NCBI GenBank assembly: GCA_964016885.1
Contig: OZ024747.1
Coordinates: 16,058,001-16,122,000 of the forward strand
Length of the DNA: 64,000 bases
Direction: 5' to 3'
Source of the DNA: Eledone cirrhosa
Taxonomy: Eukaryota
Shown piece by piece: positions 28,801 through 42,700 of this stretch; position 1 is the stretch's first letter; each line of letters starts with the position of its first letter. The position numbers and the translations under genes are program-made. The notes under the pieces are model-generated. The model ran no database searches. It had not been told where the DNA came from and saw only the letters and a list, made by a program, of their open reading frames with translations.

Positions 28801-29349
28801 TATATTTCAAATTTGATCAAATCTATTGCTAACAATCACATTGCCAACAAATGTAATAAATCCTCTTGGAAAGGTTCTTAATCCTAAACCAAATGTAGGA
28901 TTCAGGTTCAAGTGTAAGATAGCAGAGGTGATAATCCAGAAAACAATAACAGCTACCGATGACAAGGTTATTTTAGAGGCGGCCTTTACTCGCCTCATCA
29001 TAGCTACATCACTGGGTTATGAAAATATTCTTGGGTGCTACAGGTATCACCCATTTCTCCATCTACCCTAGTAGTTTCCTCCTGACTTGCTTATTCGTCC
29101 GCAAATGCCCATCATATCTGCTGGCCGTATTTCCACGCACCACCTGTGACTCGTTCTCTAGTATTGCAGCTCTGCTAAGAAACAGGTGTTCTTAGAACAT
29201 AATATATATTATTCTAGGGAAAACAATTAAACAATGGAATCAACCGCCGATATATTACTGAAGATACTAAAATATTAGCTTTATTGTTTGTTGGTTAATT
29301 TAACTGGCGATGGTGTCAGTGGTGGTGATAGTAGTCACGATGATATTAG

Positions 29350-29464
29350 CCGTTCTCGCCGTCGTCGTTGTCGTCGCCGCCGTTGTCGTCGCCGCCGTTG
29401 TCGTCGTCGCCGTTGTCGTCGTCGCCGTTGTCGTCGCCGCCGTTGTCGCCGTCTTCGCCGCCGC

Positions 29465-29514
<50 letters not shown>

Positions 29515-29552
29515 GCGTCGCCGTCGTAGTAGTAGTAGTAGTAGTAATAGTA
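29350..29552. repeat. CpG-rich (CGT/CGC)n plus (TAG)n microsatellite
   Basis: Read directly. Confidence 0.9.
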
Positions 29553-29698
29553 AAACAAACAAGCGAAATCGACAATCATTGCAATGGAATAAATAGGAGC
29601 ATGTTCCGATATGTCGGAATAGGAAATCTCCAAAATGGAAAATATGAATGCTTACTGTCACACACACATACACCCCCCCCCACACACAACGCAACACC

Positions 29699-29744
<46 letters not shown>

Positions 29745-29780
29745 TTATATATATATATATTCTCATATATATATATATAT

Positions 29781-30359
29781 GGGTTGCACATGGGTTACAT
29801 ATTATAAAATTAGTCATAATATGTAACCCATGTGCAACCACGCAGTATTTCTCTTTCTTCTCATGTGTTTTATACATATTTACCTCGGATGCGTTGTCTG
29901 TTTCTCTCTTTCTCTCTCACTGCTCCCCCGTTCTCTCTGTTTCTCTCACCTTCTTTCGCCCCCTCTGTCAGTTACACTTTCTCTCGACTGACCTCTTCCT
30001 CACACTTCCACTCACTCACTCTCTGTTCCTCCCCTTCTCACTTCCTCCCATTTCGTTGGACAGTGGGGTTCTTTCCTTCTTTCTCACATCTCACTCACGT
30101 CGGACGGTCTGTATTCTACACGCTCATAAAAGTCACCCAGCTTATGCTGACCGGATAACTATGTTGCTTGTTTTTTTTCCTATCTTCTGTTTGCCTTTAT
30201 CCTTCTACGTTGTTTACTCATCTCACTCGCTTTACGCGACTCACTTGTCCCAATAGCTTTTTTTAGTTATTGCTCGCACCAACCTGAGGTATATGATTTT
30301 TAATGCGATGAATACCAATGATGGTTGGCAAATCACTGACGAGGGACTAATTTTATAAT
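29781..30359 (+). mobile_element. PLE-like non-autonomous element with inverted junction, in (TA)n; diverged relative of 58572-60010
   Basis: Start gtaacccatgtgcaaccacgcag and end gctcgcaccaacctgaggtat..cactgacgagggac match 59390-60009; 29781-29815 is the reverse complement of the end-to-start junction. Confidence 0.7.
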
Positions 30360-30360
30360 G

Positions 30361-30394
<34 letters not shown>

Positions 30395-31242
30395 CACAAT
30401 ATATATACACATATATGTATATACACAATAACAATAACAAAAATACCTGTCAGGAAAATATCACACGATAAGAACATAAAAGCAACATATTTTAAAGGGA
30501 ATCCAGACAAAAGCATTATTCAGAATAAAAGGGAAAGACATCACATATACACGAAATTTAAAGCAAGCAAAATATACTGAGATATGAACCACAATAAAAA
30601 CAATACCAAAGTCAACAAGCACGAACCTATATTTGTTAACGATGTGAACTATGAGTGGAAGTATACATTATATATATTTATATGTGTGTGTGTGTGTGTA
30701 AACATATACATACATTATTTATATACACATACATATATGTGTGTGAGTCTGTTTGTGTATTTCCTATTCAGTAAATATTTTTCAGCATTTCATTTTGTGA
30801 GCCTATATAGTTGATAGTCTCATTGTGAATGTCATAATTAGTTCTAGAAAATAATATCTCGCAATATCTTCTCTTGCCTCAAATCTTGCTATACATCTAA
30901 AGGTTATATGGACACGTTGTTTTCATATAGCTTTTATATATGACCCACATACATATGACAATTATTTGGTAAACTTGTATTTTCTATTCAAAATACATTT
31001 GAAATTAGAAAATATAATCAATTTTAAATTCGATTACTAGCAATATTTGAGTAAAGGAAATTACGCCATTTCTGTCGAATTTCGATCTTCGAATTAACAC
31101 ACAGATACAGTAATTAAATAAATAAAGACATTCTAAGTAACTAGGATACGATAGAATGTGATATTTCTTTACTCGTGAGTTTTTCCAGCACCACATGTAT
31201 TGAACGGAATTATATTTTTAACTTTCATTATTAGCATTTTTG

Positions 31243-31341
31243 AGTTAACTTTGCCTTTCATCCTTACGGGGTCGATAAAATAAAGTACCAGTCATGTACT
31301 GGGTAATTGCTGGCCTTGTGCCAAAAGTAGAAACAATTATT
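31243..31341 (+). mobile_element. 5'-truncated SINE
   Basis: Core and tail; TSD attattagca..ttttgag. Confidence 0.88.
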
Positions 31342-31799
31342 AGCACTTTTGAGACACACAAAATGTTAGCTATTTTGAATTTGCAAAAATTCTTGGCAAT
31401 AATGTCAAGTAATTTTTTCAGGCCTTTATTTCTTTTACTATTTTAGTGCGCATAAAAAATAGCTTTAAGACTTCAATTTGGTAAGGTGAAAAACTAGGAA
31501 GAAATAATTTATTGGAAACAGTTTTCTGGTCGCAAATACGAGTAGCCATTGCAGGTGAAAGATATCAATCATTTCAACTACTCAACCGAACAGAGAAGTT
31601 ATTAAAATTGTTAAATGATTTTCCATGTATTTCGCAATCTTCTTAACTGCAGAGAAAAAGCAATGAAAGGGAAAATACATAGAAGTTTTATATGCTAGAT
31701 TATATGTTTAAAAAAGAAATTGTTGACTGATGAATAGAGGGAAATATGAGAAGGCTAGGAAAGTGACCCATCAAGCGAGAATTTTAATCATGTAACAAG

Positions 31800-32310
31800 A
31801 AGTAATACAGAGAAATCTAAATTATGTCCGGTAGTTTCTGTTGCAGCTGTTAAATGATGTGAACGAAAGCGGCTTCGTGTGTCACCGGCTGACAGGAGGA
31901 CACCTAGTTTCAATCAAGAGGTCAGATATGCCATCCGAGCAAAGAAGGAAGCTTGCAAATCATGGCTTGGGTATGAATCCTTTTTCAGTTGTGGTACAAC
32001 CAGGCGCAGAAAGCTGCAGTATGGGCAGTAAAGACATCCAAAGAAAAGACGGGGTGAATTTGGCGTTAAGCTGGAATCTGACTTCGTAATTAGAGGTCTT
32101 TCTCCACGTCAGCTATCAGGAATATCGTCGGTTTCTTGTCTCTTCAGTGATGTACATCCTTGCTAGGTAGAGCGAATACTTTTCTGATCTTCTAAACCCT
32201 GCCACAGCACCATCTTCTGATGTACATGTGGTCCATCTGTGATCGATGACTAACATCTTGTAGGCTGACATGACAAGAGCAAAGAAAAATCTCAAATGTG
32301 GCAAGAAGAA
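31800..32310 (+). pseudogene. RTE-clade LINE fragment (EN-RT linker)
   Basis: RRTPSFNQEVRYAIRAKKEACKSWL, GEFGVKLESDF, SEYFSDLLNP, LKCGK; frameshifted. Confidence 0.75.
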
Positions 32311-34489
32311 GACGAAGAAGAAGAAGAAGAAGAAGAAGAATGAGGCCTCGAAAGTGGAAGAAATCAATAATCCGATATAGTCAAACGATTATGCAAAAGA
32401 AAAAAAAGACAGGTATTCAAATATAAGATTTGGAAGTGTACAAGTCAATTGGTTGAAATGGAAGAAACAGATAGTCTGCCTATCTCCATTTGACTATAAT
32501 CAGTATGTAAGTTCAAAATTAGTGAAGCCTAACTTTGTCTTTGATTGTGCAAGAAGCTAGCTAACTCTACTCTGAAAAAATAAAACCAGTTAAATTAAAA
32601 ACTTTCCTGATATAATTTCGGTAATGTATTAATAACTTATACTGGAGCACCGCATATCAGCAAAATTTGAGAGGAGGTTATATAACCTTTTTTTCATCTA
32701 CTATAGTTTATGAGGATTTATTTCTTCTACACAAAGTGGGTGTGTGAGTGGTTTGTGAGTGGTGCATAATATTTCACATTAATTATACAATGTTGTGTGC
32801 TGAATGCAATTTGTAATAGATTGAGTTCGTATTCGGAAGGACATTTATCTCTTATTCAACTTCATGCAATAAAATCTAAAATAAGGAGTGGCACTCAAAA
32901 TTGTTTTGAATAAAGAAATTATTTAATTATTTTTTGTTAAAAGAAAACTGACAAAGATTTAACCAGCATTAACTGAACGTTAATTTAATCAGTTAAAAAC
33001 CATCAATCCCACCTGTCAAACATTACTGTAATGTAAAGAGAGGTTTCGCATTAAATGTGCCGAAATAATGGAGTACGTTGATTTCACATGAATAGTACAA
33101 TTTAGTTGCAAAATCCTTGAAAATTATCACCATACTTTACTACAGGTTTTATGTATTTTCATTCTTTTTTCGTAGCAAATTACTCAATGATGTTTAACTA
33201 ATGAATGCTTATTAGGAAGAAAATTAACAATTGATCATCAATTTAGATACTATCTGGGCTGCAGATATTCACAAGAACTCTATTGATAAATTTGGTTTCA
33301 TATTTGTGTTATTTTTTCAATTTAAATCAAGAATAATCAAATTAATTTATCAATGTATCTGTTATTGAAGTTAGTTTGGTTGGCCTTTTGATTTCTTTGT
33401 TTTTTCCATTTGTTTTTTTAATGCACTTCTGTTGGAGAACAAAAGTTGTTTTCTGTAATTGAAATAATATTATCCCCCCCCCCCCCCCCAGGCCTTCGTT
33501 ACCAAAGTCTATAGGAGACATTTTAACTTTTCTGAAAGTCTTTCTGTGTCATATATCAAATTAGATTTATTACTTTCAACTTATTACATTATTTAAACTG
33601 AAATGAGTTAGTTTCATTTAATCTCCAAACGTGTATAGGTTATGGCAGATATCTTAAAGATAAACGTAGGTCTCATACGTTCTTTGAAACGCATGTTTCC
33701 ATTGGTTATTTGCTATGTATCAATCATGGATTTATTCAATTTTTTCAGTCTATTAACCTCATCACTGGTCACAAATATATGTTGCTTAGAAATAGGATCT
33801 TTTGTTAGAAACTGTTTCACAATTGTATCATATCCAGTTAAACAACACTATGATTTCAATATTTGTAAATAATTAATTATATGGAATTATTAGAAACAGG
33901 AGAATATTAGGCTAAAAAATTTTATAATAAATAATTCTAAACGTTTAGAAATATTTTTACTAAAGTTGACATTCCCTTTCACACTGAGGTTGTTTAAATA
34001 AATATTCCTAAAATGCTTATGGGGATTTAAGCAACTACATATTTTTTTGGTTGAGATAAAAGAAATGATATTAAATCTGCAGGGATAGCATTATGGATGC
34101 AACAATGAAATAAAGACAGGCTGATAATAATGTAAAAAGAATGAAATTTGGACAGCAAAAGATAGGTGTTAGACAAAATCCTTTGTTGGGCTCGTTTCAG
34201 TCCTAATATAACCTACGATAATTTTACCTTTCCTACATTCGCAGTCAATAAAATAAAATGCCAATTCAGTTCTTATTTTTTGTTTATTATTTTCAGAGTT
34301 ATATTGAATTTTCCTTGATGAGGCGTATCCCTGTGTCACATTTGTGTGTTGGATTTGTAGTTGATATTTCTATTGTATTGGAAGTACTCTTCGGAATAAT
34401 TATGCTGTGCCTAGTGGCACTATTTTCTGAACGTTTTATATATTTGTAATTCATGTTAATGTTGGTTATATATCTGACTGTGCTTTTAT

Positions 34490-35630
34490 TATCAAAGTAC
34501 CTGTTATGAGCGTATCTGATTATGTATTCATTATCCGCATTCAGCTTATTTCAATGCATGTTTTGCACATGTTTGGTACTTATTTCTCTCTTTCCTTTCT
34601 TTGTTACCTGTTAATGTTACCTGCTTTGATGACGCTTTCATTGCTTTGCTCTACGTAACAAGTCAGGCATTTTCCATGCTCACACAGATATCGGTACCAA
34701 TAAGTCCTTGACCTCCATCTCTTCTTTTAATGTACAACTGGTACAGGTCTGCCCCTGGGTGATGGACACCATGCATGGTCAGCTATTTTCTGGTTTCCCT
34801 ATCAATTTCTTGGAATTCCATTTTGGTACAATCTGCAATGCCAACTCCATAACCTATCACTGAAACTATCTTTGAATTAATGGCTATAATCATGTGTTTT
34901 CCATTTAGTTTGCTATTAATAATTTTCCAAATCCTTCAGAAGTACTCAGTATTTATTATCTCCTTCATTTTTCATTTGCTGTATTTCGCCCGTGTCCAAA
35001 CACCCAAATATTTGTAGCTGGGAGTGTTTTCTATTAACTTCATGTACTCTTCATTTGGCATCGTGATTCCATTGCACATTATGAATTATCCAATTTTCAC
35101 GGTCAACATAACACATTTTCTCAATCCAATCTAAATTTTAATATCCTCTGAGAAAATTCTAACAGTTTGAATTAAAGCTGTCCAATAGATTCTCACGTTT
35201 GGGAAAATTGTTCAAGTTAACCATGAAAAGCAAATGATTAAATTTCAATTGCATTGAATTAGACGTGAGCAGATTCCACATTCTTCAATATTCAGCACAA
35301 ATAGCTATGGAGACATGCCTTGAAAATTCCACGTGAAACGTTTACAGTTCCTAAAAATTACCTCCTGACAATAATTGTGTTTTCCAACAAGACATTCTTT
35401 GTATCACTAAATTGGTAATATTGTCAACATCCCCAACATTGTTTACTCCCTTCAAATTCCAGCTGAACGGCAGCATATCATACAACATTTTATAACCTAA
35501 ATACACAACAGCTGTTTGTCAGTCTACTTTTGCAAACGTTTATTAGCATCTTGTCAATATGTGGTTGATCTTTTGTTTCTATACTATCTTCTATAAATCC
35601 CTTCTGCTCTAGTGGTAATAGATCATACAC
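34490..35630 (-). pseudogene. R4/Dong-clade non-LTR reverse transcriptase pseudogene
   Basis: Minus strand: TKDQPHIDK, NHLLFMVNL (FMDDL site decayed), YKYLGV, SKLNGKHMIIAIN, IDRETRK*LTMHGVHHP..LYIKRRDGGQGL. Confidence 0.8.
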
Positions 35631-35637
35631 TAGAGCA

Positions 35638-35880
35638 TATGGCAGTGATCGGTAGATCATCGGACAAAACTTATTGCAAAACTTAGATACAGTTCTTTAC
35701 TTTCTGAGTTCAAATCCCACCAAGGTTAGCTTTGCCTTTTATTCTTACAGGGTCGATAAAATAAAGTTTCAGTAATGCGTTGGAGTCGATTTAATCGAAT
35801 TTCCTCTCCCCCAAATTGCAGGCCTTGTGTCTAAATCAGAAACCCTTATTATTATTATTATTACTATTATTATTATTATT
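35638..35880 (+). mobile_element. Diverged SINE, long variant with (ATT)n tail
   Basis: A/B boxes, core and tail. Confidence 0.8.
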
Positions 35881-36353
35881 GTTGCTTGTCGTAACTGCAC
35901 GGCTCTATGCGCCTTCATCACATGTAAAGTGGTTTTATTTCTATTGAGTATTCCTAGTAATATATATGCACTATCTGGTAGTATTATATTTGTATGTTGT
36001 TTATAGTTTGAATCCTGGGGCTTTGATTATGTATTTGTGTTTTTTTAATCATTTCCAGAGCACCTCTTATTGTGGGTTACCATATACATTTGGGTTATTT
36101 CTCTTTCCAGACCATTATATTTGCAATTATTAGGGAAGTTATGGACAGTTGATTGAAAAATATTTAATGATACCTAAGCATATTCATCAGAAACAGCCTT
36201 AATAGTATGAAGTTTTGCCCCGATACGAGTAAAAATTGAAACATTAGATATCTTCATCCGGCAATGTTGCGCTACATGAAATAGAAGGCTTGCCACGAAA
36301 TAAGCACGTTTCCACAAGGAAGAAAAAAGTAATTGAGAGAAAAGGAAAAAGAG

Positions 36354-36364
36354 GAAGAAGAAGA

Positions 36365-36429
<65 letters not shown>

Positions 36430-36515
36430 GGGGAAGAAGAAGAAGCAGAAGAAGAAGAAGAAGAAGAAGAAGAAGAAGAAGAAGAAGAAGAAGAAGAAGA
36501 AGAAGAAGAAGAAGA
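36354..36515. repeat. (TAG)n and (GAA)n microsatellites
   Basis: Read directly. Confidence 0.95.
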
Positions 36516-36987
36516 ACTGTGATTAATTACAATAAGGATGATAATGATAAAATGATCCAAAAAGTTTGAATTATACACATTTCAAAATAATATTTTAGAA
36601 AAATTCTGCATTTGAATTTCATCAAAAATGTCTAAAAATGTATCCATCACATCAACCACCCTAATATGACCTCCACAAGCACAACAAAATCCACAACACT
36701 ACCACTACCCACCACCAACATAATATTCACCACAACGACCACTATAATAACAACCCCAATTTTGAACAATTACATGTGTACGGAGGGACGATTTTCTCCT
36801 TAAAACTAATGCATTTTTCTATTGGAATCCGAATGGCTGGTGCCACGTTGACAATAATAACAAAGCAACTAGAAAAGTAATGCCTTCAGCTAAATATTGT
36901 GCAATGATTATATAGAGATATAGATTTGAACTTCAAAGCACGCAACTGAATTATTAACAAAACACTTCCAGAAACTAAATTGAAAAT

Positions 36988-37659
36988 TATCATCATCATC
37001 ATTATTATGATGATGATGATGATGATAATCAACATGATAATGATCATCAACATGATTACTATCATCATTACTACCCCCCTCCTCCTTCTCCCCCTCCCTC
37101 CTCCCTCTTCCCCCCTCCACATTCACCCCTCCTCCTCCTCATCATTATCATCATCATCATCATCATCATCATCAACACTAACATCATCATCATCATCATC
37201 ATCATTACTATCATCATTACTACCAGTCTCCTCCTTCCCCCCTCCACATTCACCCCTCCGCCTCCTCATCTTTATCATAATCATCATCAACACCAACAAC
37301 AACATCATCATCATCATCATCATTACTATCATCATTACTATCATCATCATCCTCCTCTCGCCATCCACCTCCTTCTCCTCATCATCATTATCATTGCTAT
37401 CGGTGGATTGGCAGTATCGGTAGAGAGTCGGACGCCATGCTTTGACGCATAGAGTTACGGCCCTTGTCATTCTGAGTTCAAATCCCGCCGAGGTTGACTT
37501 TGACTTTCATCCTTACGGGGTCGATAAAATAAAGTACCAGTAATGCACTGGGTAATTTGCTGGCCTTGTGCCTAAAGTAGAAACAATTACCATTACTATC
37601 ATCTTCTACCTCCTCATCATCATCATCGCAATCATCACCATCACCAACAACACCACCAC

Positions 37660-37718
<59 letters not shown>

Positions 37719-37921
37719 CAGACATCATCATTATCATCATCCTCATGACCACCACAATCATCATCACCATCACCATCATCGTTATCAACTTCATCCTCAC
37801 CACAACCATCATCATCATCATCATCATCAACAGCGTCATTATAACCATCATATTCATCATCAACATCACCATCATTACCATCATCATTATCATTATCAAC
37901 ATCATTATCACCATCATATTT

Positions 37922-37965
<44 letters not shown>

Positions 37966-38060
37966 AATCATCATCATTGTAGTAAACATATCATGATCAT
38001 CATCAACCTTGTCTTCGTCATCATACCCTTCATCACTTTCGCCAGCATCACGATTACCGC
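36988..38060. repeat. (CAT)n-rich low-complexity region with local duplications
   Basis: Read directly; ccccctccacattcacccctcc at ~37111 and ~37238. Confidence 0.85.
37401..37590 (+). mobile_element. tRNA-derived SINE
   Basis: Matches consensus. Confidence 0.9.
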
Positions 38061-38082
38061 CATCACCACAATAACAATAATA

Positions 38083-38910
38083 ACACCACTACACCCAACA
38101 CTAGCCCCACACCACTACACCCAACACTAGCCCAACACCACTACACCCAACACTAGCCCCACACCATTACACCCAACACTAGTCCCACACCACTACACCC
38201 AACACTAGCCCCACACCACTACACCCAACACTAGCCCCACACCACTACACCCAACACTAGCCCCACACCACTACACCCAACACTAGCCACACACCATTCC
38301 ACCCAACACTAGCCCCACACCATTACACCCAACACTAGCCCCACACCACTACACCCAACACTAGCCCCACACCACTACACCCAACACCACTACACCCAAC
38401 ACTAGCCCCACACCACTACACCCAACACTAGCCCAACACCACTACACCCAACACCACTACACCCAACACTAGCCCCACACCATTACACCCAACACTAGCC
38501 CCACACCACTACACCCAACACTAGCCCCACACCACTACACCCAACACTATCCCCACACCATTACACCCAACACTAGCCCCACACCACTACACCCAACACT
38601 AGCCCCACACCACTACACCCAACACTAGCCCCACACCATTACACCCAACACTAGCCCCACACCACTACACCCAACACTAGCCCCACACCACTACACCCAA
38701 CGCTAGCCCAACACCACTACACCCAACACTAGCCCAACACCACTACACCCAACACTAGCCCCACCACCAACACCACTACACCCAACACTAGCCCCCACCG
38801 GCAACAACACTACACCCTACACTAGCCCCACCACCAACACCACAACACCCAACACTAGCCCCACTACCAACAACACTACACCCAACACTAGCCCCACCAC
38901 CAACACCACT
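38083..38910. repeat. 26-bp minisatellite (acaccactacacccaacactagcccc), ~30 units, with 15-bp and 32-bp variants
   Basis: Tandem units read directly. Confidence 0.95.
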
Positions 38911-39233
38911 ACCACAACCACTACCACCAACAGCATCATTATCACTACCACCACCATACCACTATCACCACCACGACCACCACCCCCATCATCATCACCA
39001 CCAACACCACTACCACTACCACCAACACCATCATTATCACTACCACCACCAACACCATCATTATCACTACCACCCTCACCACCGCCACGACCACTACCAC
39101 GACCTCTATGACCACCACCACCACCCTGACCACCACCACCATCACCATCATGATCACTACCAACAAAATCATCATAATCGTGGTAGAGAAAATCATACTT
39201 AGCAACAACAACACCAGCACCATCATTATTACA

Positions 39234-39381
39234 TGATTTGAACTCACGGCCCTTTACGGTCTGTGTTCAAATCCTGATGAGGTTAACTTTGACTTTCATC
39301 TTTACGGAGTCAACAAAATAAAGTACCAGTAATGCACTGGGTTAATTGCTGGCCTTGTTCCAAAAGGAGAAACAATTATTA
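39234..39381 (+). mobile_element. 5'-truncated SINE with a short 5' inversion
   Basis: gatttgaactca (inverted B box) precedes cggccctttacggtctgtgttcaaatc, the core and the tail. Confidence 0.8.
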
Positions 39382-39726
39382 CTACCAACATTATGCCTAA
39401 CTAATAACACCGACACCACCACCACCCCTATCATCACCACGAACATCACCATCACCACCACCAACAACAACATCATCATCACTATCAAGATCCTCCTCAA
39501 CATCATCATCATCATCATCATAATCGTGGTAGAGAAAATCACTCTCAGCAACAATAACAACAACACTAGCGTCAACATTATCTTCTTCATAATATTCGTA
39601 GACTACATCATCTCTATTATGATCAGCTTCAGCGTTGTTATCATTCACGTGATCTCTAATATCGTTGTAGTGATCACATTTGTTATTAACATCTCGCTAT
39701 CATCATTATCAACATCCTCCTCATCA

Positions 39727-42700
39727 CCCATCAATGCCACAAACACCATCACCTCCATCATCAACCCCACAAACACTATCAACACCTCCATCATCAACAC
39801 CACAAACACTAACACCACCATCATCAACCCCACAGACACTAACACCTCCATCATCAACCCCACAAACACTAACACCTCCATCATCAACCCCACAAACACT
39901 AACACCTCCATCATCAACCCCACAAACACTATAACCCCCATCATCAACCCCACAAACACTATCACCTCCATCATCAACACCACAAACACTAACACCACCA
40001 TCATCAACACCACAAACACTAACACCTCCATCATCAACGCCACAAACATCATCACCTCCATCATCAACCCCACAAACACTATCAACACCATCATCAACAC
40101 CACGAACACTAACACCACCATCATCAACCCCACAGACACTAACACCTCCATCATCAACACCACAAACACTAACACCTCCATCATCAACGCCACAAACATC
40201 ATCACCTCCATCATCAACCCCACAAACACTATCAACACCATCATCAACACCACAAACACTAACACCACCATCATCAACCCCACAGACACTAACACCACCA
40301 TCATCAACCCCACAAACACTAACACCTCCATCATCAACCCCACAAACACTAACACCTCCATCATCAACCCCACAAACCCTAACACCCCCATCATCAACCC
40401 CACAAACACTATCACCTCCATCATCAACACCACAAACACTAACACCACCATCATCAACCCCACAAACACTATCACCTCCATCATCAACACCACAAACACT
40501 ATCACCTCCATCATCAACCCCACATACACTATCACCTCCATCATCAACACCACAAACACTATCACCTCCATCATCAACACCACAAACACTATCACCTCCA
40601 TCATCAACACCACAAACACTATCACCTCCATCATCAACACCACAAACACTATCACCTCCATCATCAACACCACAAACACTAACACCTCCATCATCAACCC
40701 CACAAACACTAACACCCCCATCATCAACCCCACAAACACTATCACCTCTATCATCAACACCACAAACACTAACACCTCCATCATCAACACCACAAACACT
40801 AACACCTCCATCATCAACACCACAAACACTAACACCTCTATCATCAACACCACAAACACTAACACCTCCATCATCAACACCACAAACACTAACACCTCCA
40901 TCATCAACCCCACAAACACTAACACCCCCATCATCAACCCCACAAACACTAACACCCCCATCATCAACCCCACAAACACTATCACCTCCATCATCAACAC
41001 CACAAACACTAACACCTCCATCATCAACACCACAAACACTATCACCTCCATCATCAACCCCACAAACACTAACACCCCCATCATCAACCCCACAAACACT
41101 ATCACCACCATCATCAACACCACAAACACTAACACCTCCATCATCAACGCCACAAACATCATCACCTCCATCATCAACACCACAAACACTATCAACACCA
41201 TCATCAACACCACAAACACTAACACCACCATCATCAACCCCACAGACACTAACACCTCCATCATCAACCCCACAAACACTAACACCTCCATCATCAACCC
41301 CACAAACACTAACACGCCCATCATCAACCCCACAAACACTATCACCTCCATCATGAACACCACAAACACTAACACCACCATCATCAACCCCACAAACACG
41401 AAAACCTCCATCATCAACCCCACAAACACTATCACCTCCATCATCAACACCACAAACACTAACACCACCATCATCAACCCCACAAACACGAAAACCTCCA
41501 TCATCAACACCACAAACACTAACACCTCCATCATCAACACCACAAACACTAACACCTCCATCATCAACACCACAAACACTAACACATCCATCAACAACCC
41601 CACAAACACTATCACCTCCATCATCAACACCACAAACACTAACACCACCATCATCAACCCCACAAACACGAAAACCTCCATCATCAACACCACAAACACT
41701 ATCACCTCCATCATCAACACCACAAACACTATCACCTCCATCATCAACCCCACAAACACTAACACCCCCATCATCAACCCCACAAACACCATCAACACCA
41801 TCATCAACCCCACAAACACGAAAACCTCCATCATCAACCCCACAGACACTAACACCTCCATCATCAACCCCACAAACACTATCAACACCATCATCAACCC
41901 CACAAACACGAAAACCTCCATCATCAACCCCACAGACACTAACACCCCCATAATCAACCCCACAAACACTATCACCTCCATCATCAACACCACAAACACT
42001 AACACCACCATCATCAACCCCACAAACACGAAAACCTCCATCATCATCACCACAAACACTATAACCTCCATCATCAACACCACAAACACTGTCACCTCCA
42101 TCATCAACACCACAAACACTATCACCTCCATCATCAACACCACAAACACTATCACCTCCATCATCAACACCACAAACACTGTCACCTCCATCATCAACAC
42201 CACAAACACTATCACCTCCATCATCAACACCACAAACACTATCACCTCCATCATCAACACCACAAACACTAACACCACCAAAATCAACCCCACAAGCACT
42301 ATCACCACCTCATCAACGCCACAAACACTAACACCTCCATCATCAACACCACAAACACTATCACCTCCATCATCAACACCACAAACATTATCACCTCCAT
42401 CATCAACACCACAAACACTATCACCTCCATCATCAAGACCACAAACACTAACACCTCCATCATCAACCCCACAAACACTATCACCTCCATCATCAACACC
42501 ACAAACACTAACACCACCATCATCAACCCCACAAACACGAAAACCTCCATCATCAACACCACAAACACTAACACCTCCATCATCAACACCACAAACACTA
42601 ACACCTCCATCATCAACACCACAATCACTATCACCTCCATCATCAACCCCACAAACACTATCACCTCCATCATCAACACCACAAACACTATCACCTCCAT

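Noticed and set aside
29288-29633. Protamine-like poly-Arg/Cys ORF
   Set aside because: Trinucleotide microsatellite open in nearly all frames, with no proper start context
31727-31750. CTGATGA followed by GAAA
   Set aside because: No stem II or stem I pairing
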